Below are positions 42,577 to 51,809 of a DNA stretch of 64,000 bases, one piece after another. Positions within the stretch are counted from its first letter, which is position 1. Each line of letters begins with the position of its first letter. The DNA is taken from NCBI RefSeq assembly GCF_014698145.1, contig NZ_JACJSM010000001.1:216633-280632 (forward strand). Direction: 5' to 3'. Origin of the DNA: Oscillatoria sp. FACHB-1406 (GTDB taxonomy: Bacteria > Cyanobacteriota > Cyanobacteriia > Cyanobacteriales > Spirulinaceae). The position numbers and the translations under genes are program-made. Under the pieces are notes generated by a model. The model was not told where the DNA came from and made no database searches. It saw only the letters and a program-made list of their open reading frames with translations.

Positions 42577-43428
42577 TTAACTATTATGTTGACAATATTT
42601 CAGGGTCAGAATCGGTTCGTCTTTAACCGTATAAGCCGCCCCTGGAATTAAAATAAATTCGCTCGCTCCGACGGGATGACTTGGATTACCCCAATCATAA
42701 GTATAACCCAAGCCCGTAAACGGTTGCAGTCCGTTGCGAATGCTAATGTAATACAAGTTTTTAAAGAATAATGGGTAATCCGCGATCGCAGAATTCAGCG
42801 TTGCTCCTGCTACTTTGGGTTTTTCTTCACCAAACTTCAAATTACATTTTGTATCCGTCACTTCCGGATCGACGCAGGGGCGAAAGATATCTGCTGGATC
42901 GACCCACATTTCCACAAAAACATCATACTGCCAATTCGGGTCTAATCCCAAATATTGCTTCAATCGCAACTTCACATCCTCTTCCGTCGCATTGGGATTC
43001 TTTGTTAAATATTGGTGACAAAAATCCTTAACTTGGTTGGCTAACGTAACCCACAGCAAGCGATTTTCATCGCTGGACACATTGCGAGCGGGCTTAATAA
43101 AGCGATCGTAAGAACTTTGACTCTTCCAGGTGGTTACTAGAACCTTCGTTTTATCCTCATTCCAAATCAAATTGGAATTCTCGGGGACAAGCGCCAGCAA
43201 CTCATTGAAATCTTCTCCCTCTTCCACTAAAGCCGCATCTTGTACTGCCGCGCGATATCGCTCTTTTAAAGAGGGTTCAGAAGACTGAGAAATCCCTTTA
43301 GGAAGGAAAGCTAAGGAGCTACCGAAAACGCTAACCAAAAACAAGAGAGAATGAGCGATTGTTCTGTTTTTCCCGAATCTCATAGTTGTCTTTATTGTCA
43401 GGATGATATTTTTTGAGTAGTTAGTCAC
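42577..43428 (-). CDS. hypothetical exported protein
   Basis: 283 aa. Probable signal peptide at the internal start MRFGKNRTIAHSLLFLVSVFGSSLAFL. Confidence 0.5.
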   Translation of the reverse strand: MTNYSKNIILTIKTTMRFGKNRTIAHSLLFLVSVFGSSLAFLPKGISQSSEPSLKERYRAAVQDAALVEEGEDFNELLALVPENSNLIWNEDKTKVLVTTWKSQSSYDRFIKPARNVSSDENRLLWVTLANQVKDFCHQYLTKNPNATEEDVKLRLKQYLGLDPNWQYDVFVEMWVDPADIFRPCVDPEVTDTKCNLKFGEEKPKVAGATLNSAIADYPLFFKNLYYISIRNGLQPFTGLGYTYDWGNPSHPVGASEFILIPGAAYTVKDEPILTLKYCQHNS

Positions 43429-43587
43429 AACCTAGGATCGATGACTGTTTGAAGTTCTTGCCAAACTTCACAAACCCTCGAACGGTTCGCGTCCGTCTCG
43501 GACGATCGATTTTTCGATTTTAGAGAGCAATGTACGGGATGTCAAATCGCCATTTTTTAACAAAGCGTTACAATGCCGAGTCCATTA

Positions 43588-43727
43588 GTAGGGTGGGAAT
43601 TGCCGCAACTTCTCAAAACTTTAGGGGCTAACTTTAAATTGGCAATGCCCACCTAAATGCTCGGGCGGGCAAGGCGATCGTTAATAAGCGCTTATAAAAA
43701 TCTAGTTTGCTCCCTTGCCCACCCTAC
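43588..43727. mobile_element. MITE-like element bounded by 10-bp inverted repeats GTAGGGTGGG / CCCACCCTAC
   Basis: Termini match the family B hairpin arms. Interior ~120 bp is non-coding. Lies in the hcp upstream intergenic region. Confidence 0.45.
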
Positions 43728-43741
43728 AAATCTGCTGAGAC

Positions 43742-43770
43742 GGTGCGTTACGCTTCGCTAACACACCCTA
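43742..43770. repeat. dispersed palindromic element, family C (inverted copy)
   Basis: ggtgcgttacgcttcgctaacacaccctac, to be compared with 37848-37878. Confidence 0.65.
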
Positions 43771-43815
43771 CTTATTCCTTTGAAGTGGAAGGAAATATAA
43801 AATTTTTTTCAGTTT

Positions 43816-43829
43816 TTGACTTAAGTCAA
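43816..43829. promoter_or_regulatory. candidate CRP/FNR-family operator (TTGAC-TTAA-GTCAA) upstream of hcp
   Basis: Perfect 14-bp dyad ~75 bp upstream of the hcp ATG, with an extra GTCAAC half-site at 43831-43836. Confidence 0.35.
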
Positions 43830-43890
43830 AGTCAACGCCCCTCCTTGCTTCGTAAAGTACAAACAGATTCTTAACGACAGAGGAAGCACG

Positions 43891-45543
43891 ATGTTTTGCG
43901 AACAATGCGAACAAACCGCCAGCGGTAACGGATGCCATCAGTGGGGCGCTTGTGGTAAAAGTCCGGAGGTGAATGCAGTACAAGATTTGTCGATGTACGT
44001 GCTGCGCGGACTCGCTCCGGTGGCGCTGCGCGCTCGCGAACTGGGAATTTCGACAACAGAGGTCGATCGCTTTACTTGCGAGGCAATCTTTGCGACGATG
44101 ACCAATGTAAACTTCGATCGCGATCGCTTCAGTAACGACATTCGCCGCGCCATCGCCTATCGCGAAGATATTAAAGCACAAATTCAGCAAGCGGGCGCGC
44201 CCGAAACTTGGTTGCCCATTTCTTGCTACGAACCGGATTACAATGAAAGCTTAGTCAGCCAAGGTCAAGAGATCTCCCTGCAATTCCTCAGCCAAGGGCA
44301 AGGCAACGTCGATATCTTTTCCCTCAAACTGACGGTATTGTACGGCATTAAAGGCGTTGCTTCCTATGCGTTCCACGCGATGGAAATGGGGCAGGAAGAT
44401 GGGGCGGTTTATCAATTCATTTACGAAGCTCTCGCTGCCTTAGAACGCCAAAATATAACTCTAAATGGTTGGGTTGCGATCGCTCTCAAAGTCGGCGAAA
44501 TTAACCTGCGAACGATGGAACTTTTGGATGCGGGACACACCTCAACCTACGGACATCCTACCCCAACTCCCGTTCCCCTCAACCATAAAACGGGTAAAGC
44601 AATCCTCGTCTCCGGACACGATATTCCCCAACTCGAAGCCATCCTCACACAAACGGTAGGGAAAGGCATTACCGTTTACACCCACGGTGAATTATTGCCC
44701 GCCCACGGATACCCGCGCTTGAAAGAAACTTATCCCCATCTACACGGACATTACGGTACGGCGTGGCAAAATCAAACTAAAGATTTCGCAAAATTCCCCG
44801 GCGCAATTATTATCACGACAAATTGCTTGATGCCGCCCCACGATAATTACGAGCATAAACTCTTTAGCGTCGGGCCGGTGGGCTATCCGGGATTGAATGC
44901 AATTCCGATGGGTGCAGATGGACATCCCGACTTTACACCTGCAATTAATAAAGCATTGGAATTGCCAGGATTTACCGAAGAAGACGCACCGCGACAAGTG
45001 ATGACGGGTTTTGCTCGCAATGCGGTGTTAGGGGTTGCAGATAAAGTGATTGAAGCGGTAAAAGCGGGGCAGATTCGCCATTTCTTCCTCGTAGGCGGTT
45101 GCGACGGCGCGAAACCCGATCGCAATTATTATACGGAATTTGTCGAAAAAGTCCCCGAAGATTGCATCGTGTTAACCCTCGCTTGCGGTAAATTCCGCTT
45201 CTTCGATAAAGATTTGGGCAACATTGGCGGCATTCCACGCCTGCTAGATGTGGGACAATGTAACGATGCTTATTCGGCCATTCAAATCGCGATCGCGCTA
45301 GCCAATGCTTTCGGTGTTGGCGTAAACGAACTGCCCCTGTCGATGATTCTTTCTTGGTACGAACAAAAAGCCGTCGCCGTATTATTAACGCTGCTGTATT
45401 TAGGGATACAAGATATCCGTTTGGGGCCGACTTTACCCGCCTTTATTTCCCCTAACGTGATGAGTTTGCTCTCACAAACCTATAAACTTAAACCGATTGC
45501 AACTCCCGATGAAGATTTAGCCGCTTGCTTGGCGAAAGGTTAA
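43891..45543 (+). CDS. hcp: hydroxylamine reductase / hybrid cluster protein
   Basis: 550 aa. N-terminal MFCEQCEQTASGNGCHQWGACGK cysteine motif typical of Hcp. Confidence 0.9.
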   Translation: MFCEQCEQTASGNGCHQWGACGKSPEVNAVQDLSMYVLRGLAPVALRARELGISTTEVDRFTCEAIFATMTNVNFDRDRFSNDIRRAIAYREDIKAQIQQAGAPETWLPISCYEPDYNESLVSQGQEISLQFLSQGQGNVDIFSLKLTVLYGIKGVASYAFHAMEMGQEDGAVYQFIYEALAALERQNITLNGWVAIALKVGEINLRTMELLDAGHTSTYGHPTPTPVPLNHKTGKAILVSGHDIPQLEAILTQTVGKGITVYTHGELLPAHGYPRLKETYPHLHGHYGTAWQNQTKDFAKFPGAIIITTNCLMPPHDNYEHKLFSVGPVGYPGLNAIPMGADGHPDFTPAINKALELPGFTEEDAPRQVMTGFARNAVLGVADKVIEAVKAGQIRHFFLVGGCDGAKPDRNYYTEFVEKVPEDCIVLTLACGKFRFFDKDLGNIGGIPRLLDVGQCNDAYSAIQIAIALANAFGVGVNELPLSMILSWYEQKAVAVLLTLLYLGIQDIRLGPTLPAFISPNVMSLLSQTYKLKPIATPDEDLAACLAKG

Positions 45544-45560
45544 TCGCATTGAAATAAGAA

Positions 45561-45612
45561 GATCGCGCCCCGAAGTTTTACAACACCGAGGCGCGATTGT
45601 TATATCTTTATT
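45561..45612 (+). terminator. possible terminator after hcp
   Basis: ATCGCGCC (45562-45569) pairs with GGCGCGAT (45590-45597), followed by a T-rich stretch. The loop is long (20 nt). Confidence 0.3.
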
Positions 45613-45992
45613 TATCTGGCGTTTCAACTTAGAAAAAGCTACAAGTTCCCCCCACCAAAAGCCGAACGGCTGGGGAAGACGCAAACAATTGAGTAATCTC
45701 AAACTTTACATAGACATCTCTCAATTCAATAGAGATTGGCCAATTGTAGTTATAACTTATTTAAAAGATTGGCATATTTGTTATGGCAACATAACCGTTA
45801 AAATAACATTTAATCCAATGCCAAGCGATTCCAAGCTCTATTGAGTTCTGGTTTAGTTCTGGCATAGATAAAGCTTTGTACACTACAAAACAGCAAAAGA
45901 AAACGCTTTTTAGCAATTTCATTTTGTGACATTTGCTCCATAAATTATTCTGGGGCGCGATTTCGGTGCAAATATTTTTAAGATAGCGAGAG

Positions 45993-47984
45993 ATGATGAC
46001 GACCAACAACAGAACGTTTTCCTGCAAATACATCGGTTTGTTAGGCCTCCTAGCGAGTGGAACAGCCTTCTTGCCGGTTGCCGCAATCGCAGCAGAAGTG
46101 AATAGCTTAGCTGACTCCCCAGCATTGCCAACCAGCGCAACCGAGTTACCAAACGATTTAACCGACTCCCCAACGTTGCCAGCCAGCGCAACAGAACCAC
46201 CAGCAGAAGCACCCCAACTAATCGCCAACACCCCAAACCTGCCAAGCGAAGCAATATTACCCATCGTACCGACTGCTTCCGAAACCGAACCCCTAACTTC
46301 CGTTTCCCAACTCACCTCGGAAAGCGACCCCCTCGCCCCCGCACCGATGGCCCAATTTAACCGCGTCTCGAAATTTTCCGACGTGCGGCCGACAGATTGG
46401 GCTTTCCAAGCTTTGGAAGATTTAGTCCAGCGCTACGATTGTCTTGTCGGCTACCCAGACGGCACTTTTCGCGGCAATCGCCCCCTAACGCGCTATGAAT
46501 TCGCCGCCGGTTTGAATGCTTGCATGAACCAAATCGAACGACTGATTGGCGGCACTAATTTTGTCACGCGGGATGATTTAGAAACGCTGCGCCGCTTGAT
46601 GCAAGAATTTGAGACGGAGTTAGCATCATTAGGAACTCGAGTCGATAACCTGGAGGCGCGGACGGCGTTCCTCGAAGACCATCAATTCTCGACCACAACC
46701 AAATTACGCGGACAAGTTATCTTAAGCTTGGCGGGCGCTTACGGCGCTTACCCCGGCCCAGGAGGCAATGCAGCCCCTAACAATACGACACTCACGGGTT
46801 TAGGTGCGGCGGATACGAGTCCCGGTAACGATTCGGAAGTCGTCTTTAACAACCGCGTTCGTTTAAACCTGCAAACCAGCTTTACCGGGAAAGATACCCT
46901 CATTGTCGGCTTGCAAGCCTTTAACTTTGGGGGTGGTATCGCCAATCCCACCAGCAGTATGGCCGGTACGCTGGGATACGCCGACGGCTTATTCGGAACC
47001 AATAGCAATGTTCGCCTTGCCTACGAACCTCAGTTCGGCGCGACGAACCCCTCCAATTTAGGCAATGCTGCTGGGGCCGATAATTCCGTCGGAATCTACA
47101 AACTCCTTTATCTCACGCCCGTATCCGATAAGATAGCTGCTTTTATTGCCCCCGCTGTCGAAGTCGATGATGCTTTTCCTGCCATCGTGCCGTTCTACGG
47201 CGACGGCGAAGAATCGATTTCGCGCTTCGGACAAATGAACCCCGTTTTGCGGGTTTCGGGGGGAACTTCGGGTTTTGGCTTAGCTTCTGCGGCGGGCTTT
47301 ATCTGGAATATCGCCGACGGAATCGACCTGCGGGCGTTGTATGGCAGCGTTAATGCTAGCATTCCCGCGAATGTAGGCTTTTCCGGCGGTACGCCACTCG
47401 GCGCGGGGGTTTTTGGGGGAAGTTATGTCGCCGCCGCCCAACTGACGCTCAAACCCTTACCGGCGCTGGATGTCGCGCTCAATTACGCTCATAGTTACCA
47501 TCAGATTAATATTCTCGGGATTGGGGAAGGTGCATCCGATATCGGTGCGATTCCCAACGTGGCGGCGACGACTGGCGTGCATTTGAATTCTTTCGGCGCG
47601 ACGGCTGCTTATCGGCTTTCACCCGAGATTACTTTAACGGGCTTTTTCTTCTATAGTATGGTGGACGCTGCCAGCGGGCCGGATGCTGGGGCAGATTTCA
47701 TGAGTTATATGGGCGGCATCCACTTCAAAGATATTTTGAAGCAGGGGAATACGCTGGGCGTACTGTTCGGGCAGCCTCCCGCGCGCGTCGGGACTTCGGG
47801 GGCCGCTTCTTTGGTTGCTACGCCAGAAAACAGCAAACCTTACCATCTGGAGGCTTATTACAAGTACCGAGTGAACGACAATATCAGCATTACGCCCGGT
47901 ATTTTCGTGTTGTTTAATCCGGAAGGGTATAGCGGCAATCGCACGACTTATGTGCCGATGCTGCGTACGACTTTTACGTTCTAG
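45993..47984 (+). CDS. outer-membrane porin with N-terminal SLH domain and OprB-type barrel (SomA/SomB-like)
   Basis: Signal peptide. SLH-like segment FSDVRPTDWAFQALEDLVQRYDCLVGYPDGTFRG. C-terminal beta-rich region ending in F. Confidence 0.85.
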   Translation: MMTTNNRTFSCKYIGLLGLLASGTAFLPVAAIAAEVNSLADSPALPTSATELPNDLTDSPTLPASATEPPAEAPQLIANTPNLPSEAILPIVPTASETEPLTSVSQLTSESDPLAPAPMAQFNRVSKFSDVRPTDWAFQALEDLVQRYDCLVGYPDGTFRGNRPLTRYEFAAGLNACMNQIERLIGGTNFVTRDDLETLRRLMQEFETELASLGTRVDNLEARTAFLEDHQFSTTTKLRGQVILSLAGAYGAYPGPGGNAAPNNTTLTGLGAADTSPGNDSEVVFNNRVRLNLQTSFTGKDTLIVGLQAFNFGGGIANPTSSMAGTLGYADGLFGTNSNVRLAYEPQFGATNPSNLGNAAGADNSVGIYKLLYLTPVSDKIAAFIAPAVEVDDAFPAIVPFYGDGEESISRFGQMNPVLRVSGGTSGFGLASAAGFIWNIADGIDLRALYGSVNASIPANVGFSGGTPLGAGVFGGSYVAAAQLTLKPLPALDVALNYAHSYHQINILGIGEGASDIGAIPNVAATTGVHLNSFGATAAYRLSPEITLTGFFFYSMVDAASGPDAGADFMSYMGGIHFKDILKQGNTLGVLFGQPPARVGTSGAASLVATPENSKPYHLEAYYKYRVNDNISITPGIFVLFNPEGYSGNRTTYVPMLRTTFTF

Positions 47985-48196
47985 GAATTAGAAAGGTGGG
48001 AGCGATAAGATCGCTCCTAATAGAAAACCCTTGGGAGTCTTGCCGTGTTTCGACCCCAAGGATTTCCTAGCTCACTATTCCTCACACACAAGTTGATTAT
48101 GCGGCAGATTTTTTATCGGGAAAGGGGTAAGGTGACACTTTTCAAAGTGTCTGAGGTCACAGGGAGTGGCAAAGAGATGTAAACGCTCGCTGTGAT

Positions 48197-49051
48197 TTAC
48201 GCGAAGACGACGGTACGATTGCTGTAGACGAGGACGCGATTTTGCAGGTGCAGGCGCACGGCGCGCGAGAGGACGAGGCGTTCGACATCTTTTCCCTTAC
48301 GGATTAGATCCGCAACGCGATCGCGGTGAGTGACGCGCACGACTTCTTGTTCGATAATTGGCCCTTCGTCGAGGTCGGCGGTGACGTAATGGGCGGTAGC
48401 ACCGATGACTTTAACGCCGCGTTCGTAGGCGCGCTCGTAAGGATTTGCACCGGGAAAAGCGGGCAAGAATGAGTGATGAATATTAATAATACTAGGGAAT
48501 TTTGCGACAAATTCCGGGCTGAGAATTTGCATATATTTGGCGAGAACAACTAGATCGATTTGATAGCGATCGAGGATTTCTAGTTGTTTTTCTTCTTGCT
48601 CTTTTTTATTTTCTTTTGTAATATTAATATGATGATAATCAATATTAAATTGTTTGGCAATCGGTTCGAGTTTGGAATGATTGCTAATAATTAAGGGGAT
48701 TTCGCCAGGAAGTTCTCTGGCGCGATCGCGCCAAAGTAGATCGAGCAAACAATGATCTTGCTTTGTCACCCAAATCGCGATACGGGGGACTTTATCGGAG
48801 AAATGCAGCGTCCATTCGGCTTGTAAGGGTTTCGCGATCGCGCCGAAAGCCACCGCGATCGCCGAGCGCGGCAAATTAAACCCTTGCAACTGCCACTCAA
48901 CGCGCATTAAAAACAAGCCCGTCGCAAAATCGGTATGTTGGTCGGCATGAATGATATTGCCACCATTCGCGTAGATAAAATTCGCAATTTTAGCGACAAT
49001 TCCTTGACCGTCAGGACAGGAAATTAAGAGTGTAGCAGTCGGACAATTCAT
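48197..49051 (-). CDS. purU: formyltetrahydrofolate deformylase
   Basis: 284 aa. N-terminal ACT domain and formyltransferase core (HHSFLPAF, ATAHYVT..LDEGPII). Confidence 0.85.
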   Translation of the reverse strand: MNCPTATLLISCPDGQGIVAKIANFIYANGGNIIHADQHTDFATGLFLMRVEWQLQGFNLPRSAIAVAFGAIAKPLQAEWTLHFSDKVPRIAIWVTKQDHCLLDLLWRDRARELPGEIPLIISNHSKLEPIAKQFNIDYHHINITKENKKEQEEKQLEILDRYQIDLVVLAKYMQILSPEFVAKFPSIINIHHSFLPAFPGANPYERAYERGVKVIGATAHYVTADLDEGPIIEQEVVRVTHRDRVADLIRKGKDVERLVLSRAVRLHLQNRVLVYSNRTVVFA

Positions 49052-49052
49052 T

Positions 49053-49096
49053 AGATAATGGATAATGGATAATGGATAATGGACAATGGATAATGA
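49053..49096. repeat. heptamer array (ATAATGG x~6)
   Basis: Read directly. Begins 2 nt upstream of the purU start codon. Confidence 0.9.
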
Positions 49097-49140
49097 TATT
49101 AAACTAAAACAATCTCATCCAGATATCCCACAAATCTTTC

Positions 49141-49250
49141 CCTCTCTCCATCACCCCGTCCCCCTGTCCCCTCGTCACCCCATCCCCCCATCACCCCATC
49201 ACCTCATCCCCCCATCACCCCGTCACCCCGTCACCCCATCTCCCTCTCAG
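49141..49250. repeat. C-rich 7/8-bp array (CCCCATCA / CCCCGTCA units)
   Basis: Read directly: catcaccccgtccccctgtcccctcgtcaccccatcccc... Adjacent to the ATAATGG array. Confidence 0.8.
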
Positions 49251-49549
49251 TCCTCCTCAGTCGGTTCGAGTTCTTCCGGCGGAAGATTGAGGGTTAAAGC
49301 TTGCAACTTCAAGCGAGCGATGTAAGGCCAGCCGCCAGTTTCTTCAATATCCTTGATTAATTTATAGAGATCGTGGCGAGTATTAGGCAAGGAAGCTTGA
49401 AACAGTTCCTCTTGAATCGTGCGATGCGATTGCTCCAAAGAGCGAAGCAGCGCCAATAGTGCCAGCGTGTCTCCCCGACATTCTTGTGCCAGAGCAAGAA
49501 CGGTTTGAGCCAGAGTTTCTAGGCGAGTGTCAAGTTGCGTGCGGTCCAA
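49247..49549 (-). CDS. hypothetical protein
   Basis: 100-aa ORF with reasonable codon usage. Its 3' end overlaps the C-rich array. Confidence 0.4.
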   Translation of the reverse strand: MDRTQLDTRLETLAQTVLALAQECRGDTLALLALLRSLEQSHRTIQEELFQASLPNTRHDLYKLIKDIEETGGWPYIARLKLQALTLNLPPEELEPTEED

Positions 49550-49871
49550 GCTGAGCGATCTCCGTTTATTGTCAATTAAAAATTTCCCTTAAATATCTTA
49601 CGCGAGGGCGTTCCAACTGGTGCGTTACCGAATTTGCTGTTTGAGGGGGGAGCAGTGTAATTCGTAATGGATAGTCTTTCATCCCTTGTCGCTTCGTTAC
49701 CCCTAGCGGGAGCCGATAGATTTCCGTATGGAAAGGTCGCGCAGCCGTGTACAATGCTGTAAATGCTATCGTTATGCCTGTTAGACGCGATCGCGCACCC
49801 CTGCGATCGTGAGGGCAGAACGATTTTTAAATAAGACCGAATTAAGAGATTGACAAACACGAGGTTAGACC

Positions 49872-50705
49872 ATGAGGTATCGCGCATTGATTGTAGCTTT
49901 CCTGGCTCTATGCTTAGGATTGCTAACCGCTTGCGGTTCGGGACCCGCCCAAGCCACGACCAGAGAACAACTAACTTACGATGATATTCTCGGAACGGGC
50001 TTGGCAAATACCTGTCCTCAACTCTCGGGAACAACTCGCGGTTCTATTCCTATTGAAACTGGGAAAAAATACGAACTGACAAATTTGTGCATAGAACCCC
50101 AAGAGTATTTCGTGAAGGCAGAGGGAACCAAGCGCAAAGAAGCCGCTTTTATCCCCGGTAAAGTGTTAACCCGCTACACCACCGCTCTCGATCAAGTCAG
50201 CGGCAAAATTCTGCTCAACGGCGATGGAACCTTAACTTTCAAAGAAGAAAGTGGTATTGACTTCCAACCGATCACGGTTTTACTCCCGGGCGGTGAAGAA
50301 GTTCCTTTCATGTTCACCATGAAGAGTTTAGTGGCAACCACGCGCAGTACGGCAGACTCGATTAATTCTTCGACCGATCTCCGGGGCGAATATAAAGTAC
50401 CTTCCTATCGCGGTGCGGTATTCCTCGATCCTAAAGGTCGCGGTGTTGCTAGTGGCTACGATACGGCAGTCGCACTCCCCGCTCAAGGCGATAGCGAAGA
50501 ATACGCACGCTCCAACACCAAGCGGATTCCGGGCGGACGGGGCGAAATGGAACTTCAAGTCACCCGAGTCGATAGCAATTCGGGGGAAATTGCTGGCGTT
50601 TTTGAAAGCATTCAGCCTTCAGATACGGATTTAGGCGCTGCTGACCCCGAAGAAGTCAAAATTCGCGGTGTTTTCTACGGAATCGTAAGTGCCGTAGACG
50701 AATAA
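49872..50705 (+). CDS. psbO: photosystem II manganese-stabilising protein
   Basis: Signal peptide with a lipoprotein-like LTACGS. Mature N-terminus ...LTYDDILGTGLANTCPQL and overall PsbO features. 277 aa. Confidence 0.9.
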   Translation: MRYRALIVAFLALCLGLLTACGSGPAQATTREQLTYDDILGTGLANTCPQLSGTTRGSIPIETGKKYELTNLCIEPQEYFVKAEGTKRKEAAFIPGKVLTRYTTALDQVSGKILLNGDGTLTFKEESGIDFQPITVLLPGGEEVPFMFTMKSLVATTRSTADSINSSTDLRGEYKVPSYRGAVFLDPKGRGVASGYDTAVALPAQGDSEEYARSNTKRIPGGRGEMELQVTRVDSNSGEIAGVFESIQPSDTDLGAADPEEVKIRGVFYGIVSAVDE

Positions 50706-50733
50706 AATCTTCTAGTCCGTTGATTGAAAAAGT

Positions 50734-50760
50734 GAGGGATAGTCGTCCCTCCTTTTTTTT
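50734..50760 (+). terminator. rho-independent terminator of psbO
   Basis: GAGGGA (50734-50739) pairs with TCCCTC (50746-50751), followed by eight T. Confidence 0.8.
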
Positions 50761-50964
50761 GACAAATTTTTCTCGAAAGTTCCTAAGAAATACGAATTGC
50801 CTCCAGTCGAGTTTGGGATATAAACTTGAGGAGAGAAAATAACTGAGGGCGCTCGGCGGCGATCGCGAAAGACGAAAATAACCATGACGAGGGCGCTCGA
50901 TCTAACAAATTGGAGAGATATCGATCGCAGTTGGAGCAGTCCCGAGGCAGTAAGATAGATTCTA

Positions 50965-51777
50965 TTGTGGCGGGGTAAACCGCTCGTATCATTGACTATG
51001 GCTATGTCTACCACCATCCATTCGAGTTTAAAAGAACAAAGCTTGCACCTTCTAGTCGAGTACCAGAAGACGAAAAAGGTTGACTTGCGCGATCGGCTAG
51101 TGCGACTCAATATTGGTTTGGTGAGACGAGAAGCACATCATTGGACTAACCAATGCAGCGAAACTTATGAAGATTTATTACAGGTCGGTTGTATCGGTTT
51201 GATTCAAGCGATCGATCGCTTCGACCCGACCAAAGGCTACGCTTTTAGCTCCTTCGCCATTCCCTACATCCGAGGCGAAATTCAACATTACCTGCGCGAT
51301 AAAAGTACCTCCGTGCGGATTCCCCGGCGCTGGCTAGAGTTGCGCCATCAAGCAAGCAATACCGCGCGAGAACTCAGAATCCAACTGCACCGCCAGCCCA
51401 CCGATGAAGAAATCGCGCGATCGCTCGGAGTCGATCCCCAAGAGTGGGAAGAAATCCAACTCGCCTATCAAAATCGCGAACCCCTCAGCTTAGACGTTCC
51501 CGTCGGTAACGATGAGGACGAAAGCGTCAGCTTAGCGGAATTAGTCCCCGATCCCCAATACCGCAGCTTCCAACTCGCCCAAGAAGATCGCCTTCGTCTC
51601 CAACAAGCCCTCGTCCAACTCGAACAGCGGACGCGAGAAGTGGTGGAATTTGTCTTTTTGCACGATCTCACCCAAAAAGAAACCGCCGAACAGTTAGGGA
51701 TTAGCGTCGTCACCGTTTCCCGCCAGGTAAAGAAAGGGTTGAAGGCATTGAAAAATCTAATGCTGATGGAACTCTAG
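50965..51777 (+). CDS. RNA polymerase sigma factor, group 3 (SigB/SigF/SigG-type)
   Basis: 270 aa. Region 2 (DLLQVGCIGLIQAIDRFDP), region 3 and region 4 HTH (LTQKETAEQLGISVVTVSR). The start may be an internal ATG. Confidence 0.8.
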   Translation: MWRGKPLVSLTMAMSTTIHSSLKEQSLHLLVEYQKTKKVDLRDRLVRLNIGLVRREAHHWTNQCSETYEDLLQVGCIGLIQAIDRFDPTKGYAFSSFAIPYIRGEIQHYLRDKSTSVRIPRRWLELRHQASNTARELRIQLHRQPTDEEIARSLGVDPQEWEEIQLAYQNREPLSLDVPVGNDEDESVSLAELVPDPQYRSFQLAQEDRLRLQQALVQLEQRTREVVEFVFLHDLTQKETAEQLGISVVTVSRQVKKGLKALKNLMLMEL

Positions 51778-51778
51778 G

Positions 51779-51809
51779 AATTAAAAATTAAAAATTAAAA
51801 ATTAAAAAT
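51779..51809. repeat. heptamer array (AAAAATT x~4.5)
   Basis: Read directly, 2 nt after the sigma factor stop. Confidence 0.8.

Noticed and set aside
45761-46315. 184-aa minus-strand ORF overlapping the porin start
   Set aside because: It overlaps a well-supported SLH-porin gene on the opposite strand. There is no recognisable domain.
49848-49855. TTGACA hexamer as the psbO -35 box
   Set aside because: It lies only ~17 nt before the ATG, leaving no room for a -10 box, TSS and RBS. The psbO promoter must lie further upstream.
49576-50034. 152-aa minus-strand ORF overlapping the psbO start
   Set aside because: It overlaps the PsbO signal-peptide coding region and the upstream leader. No motif is recognisable.
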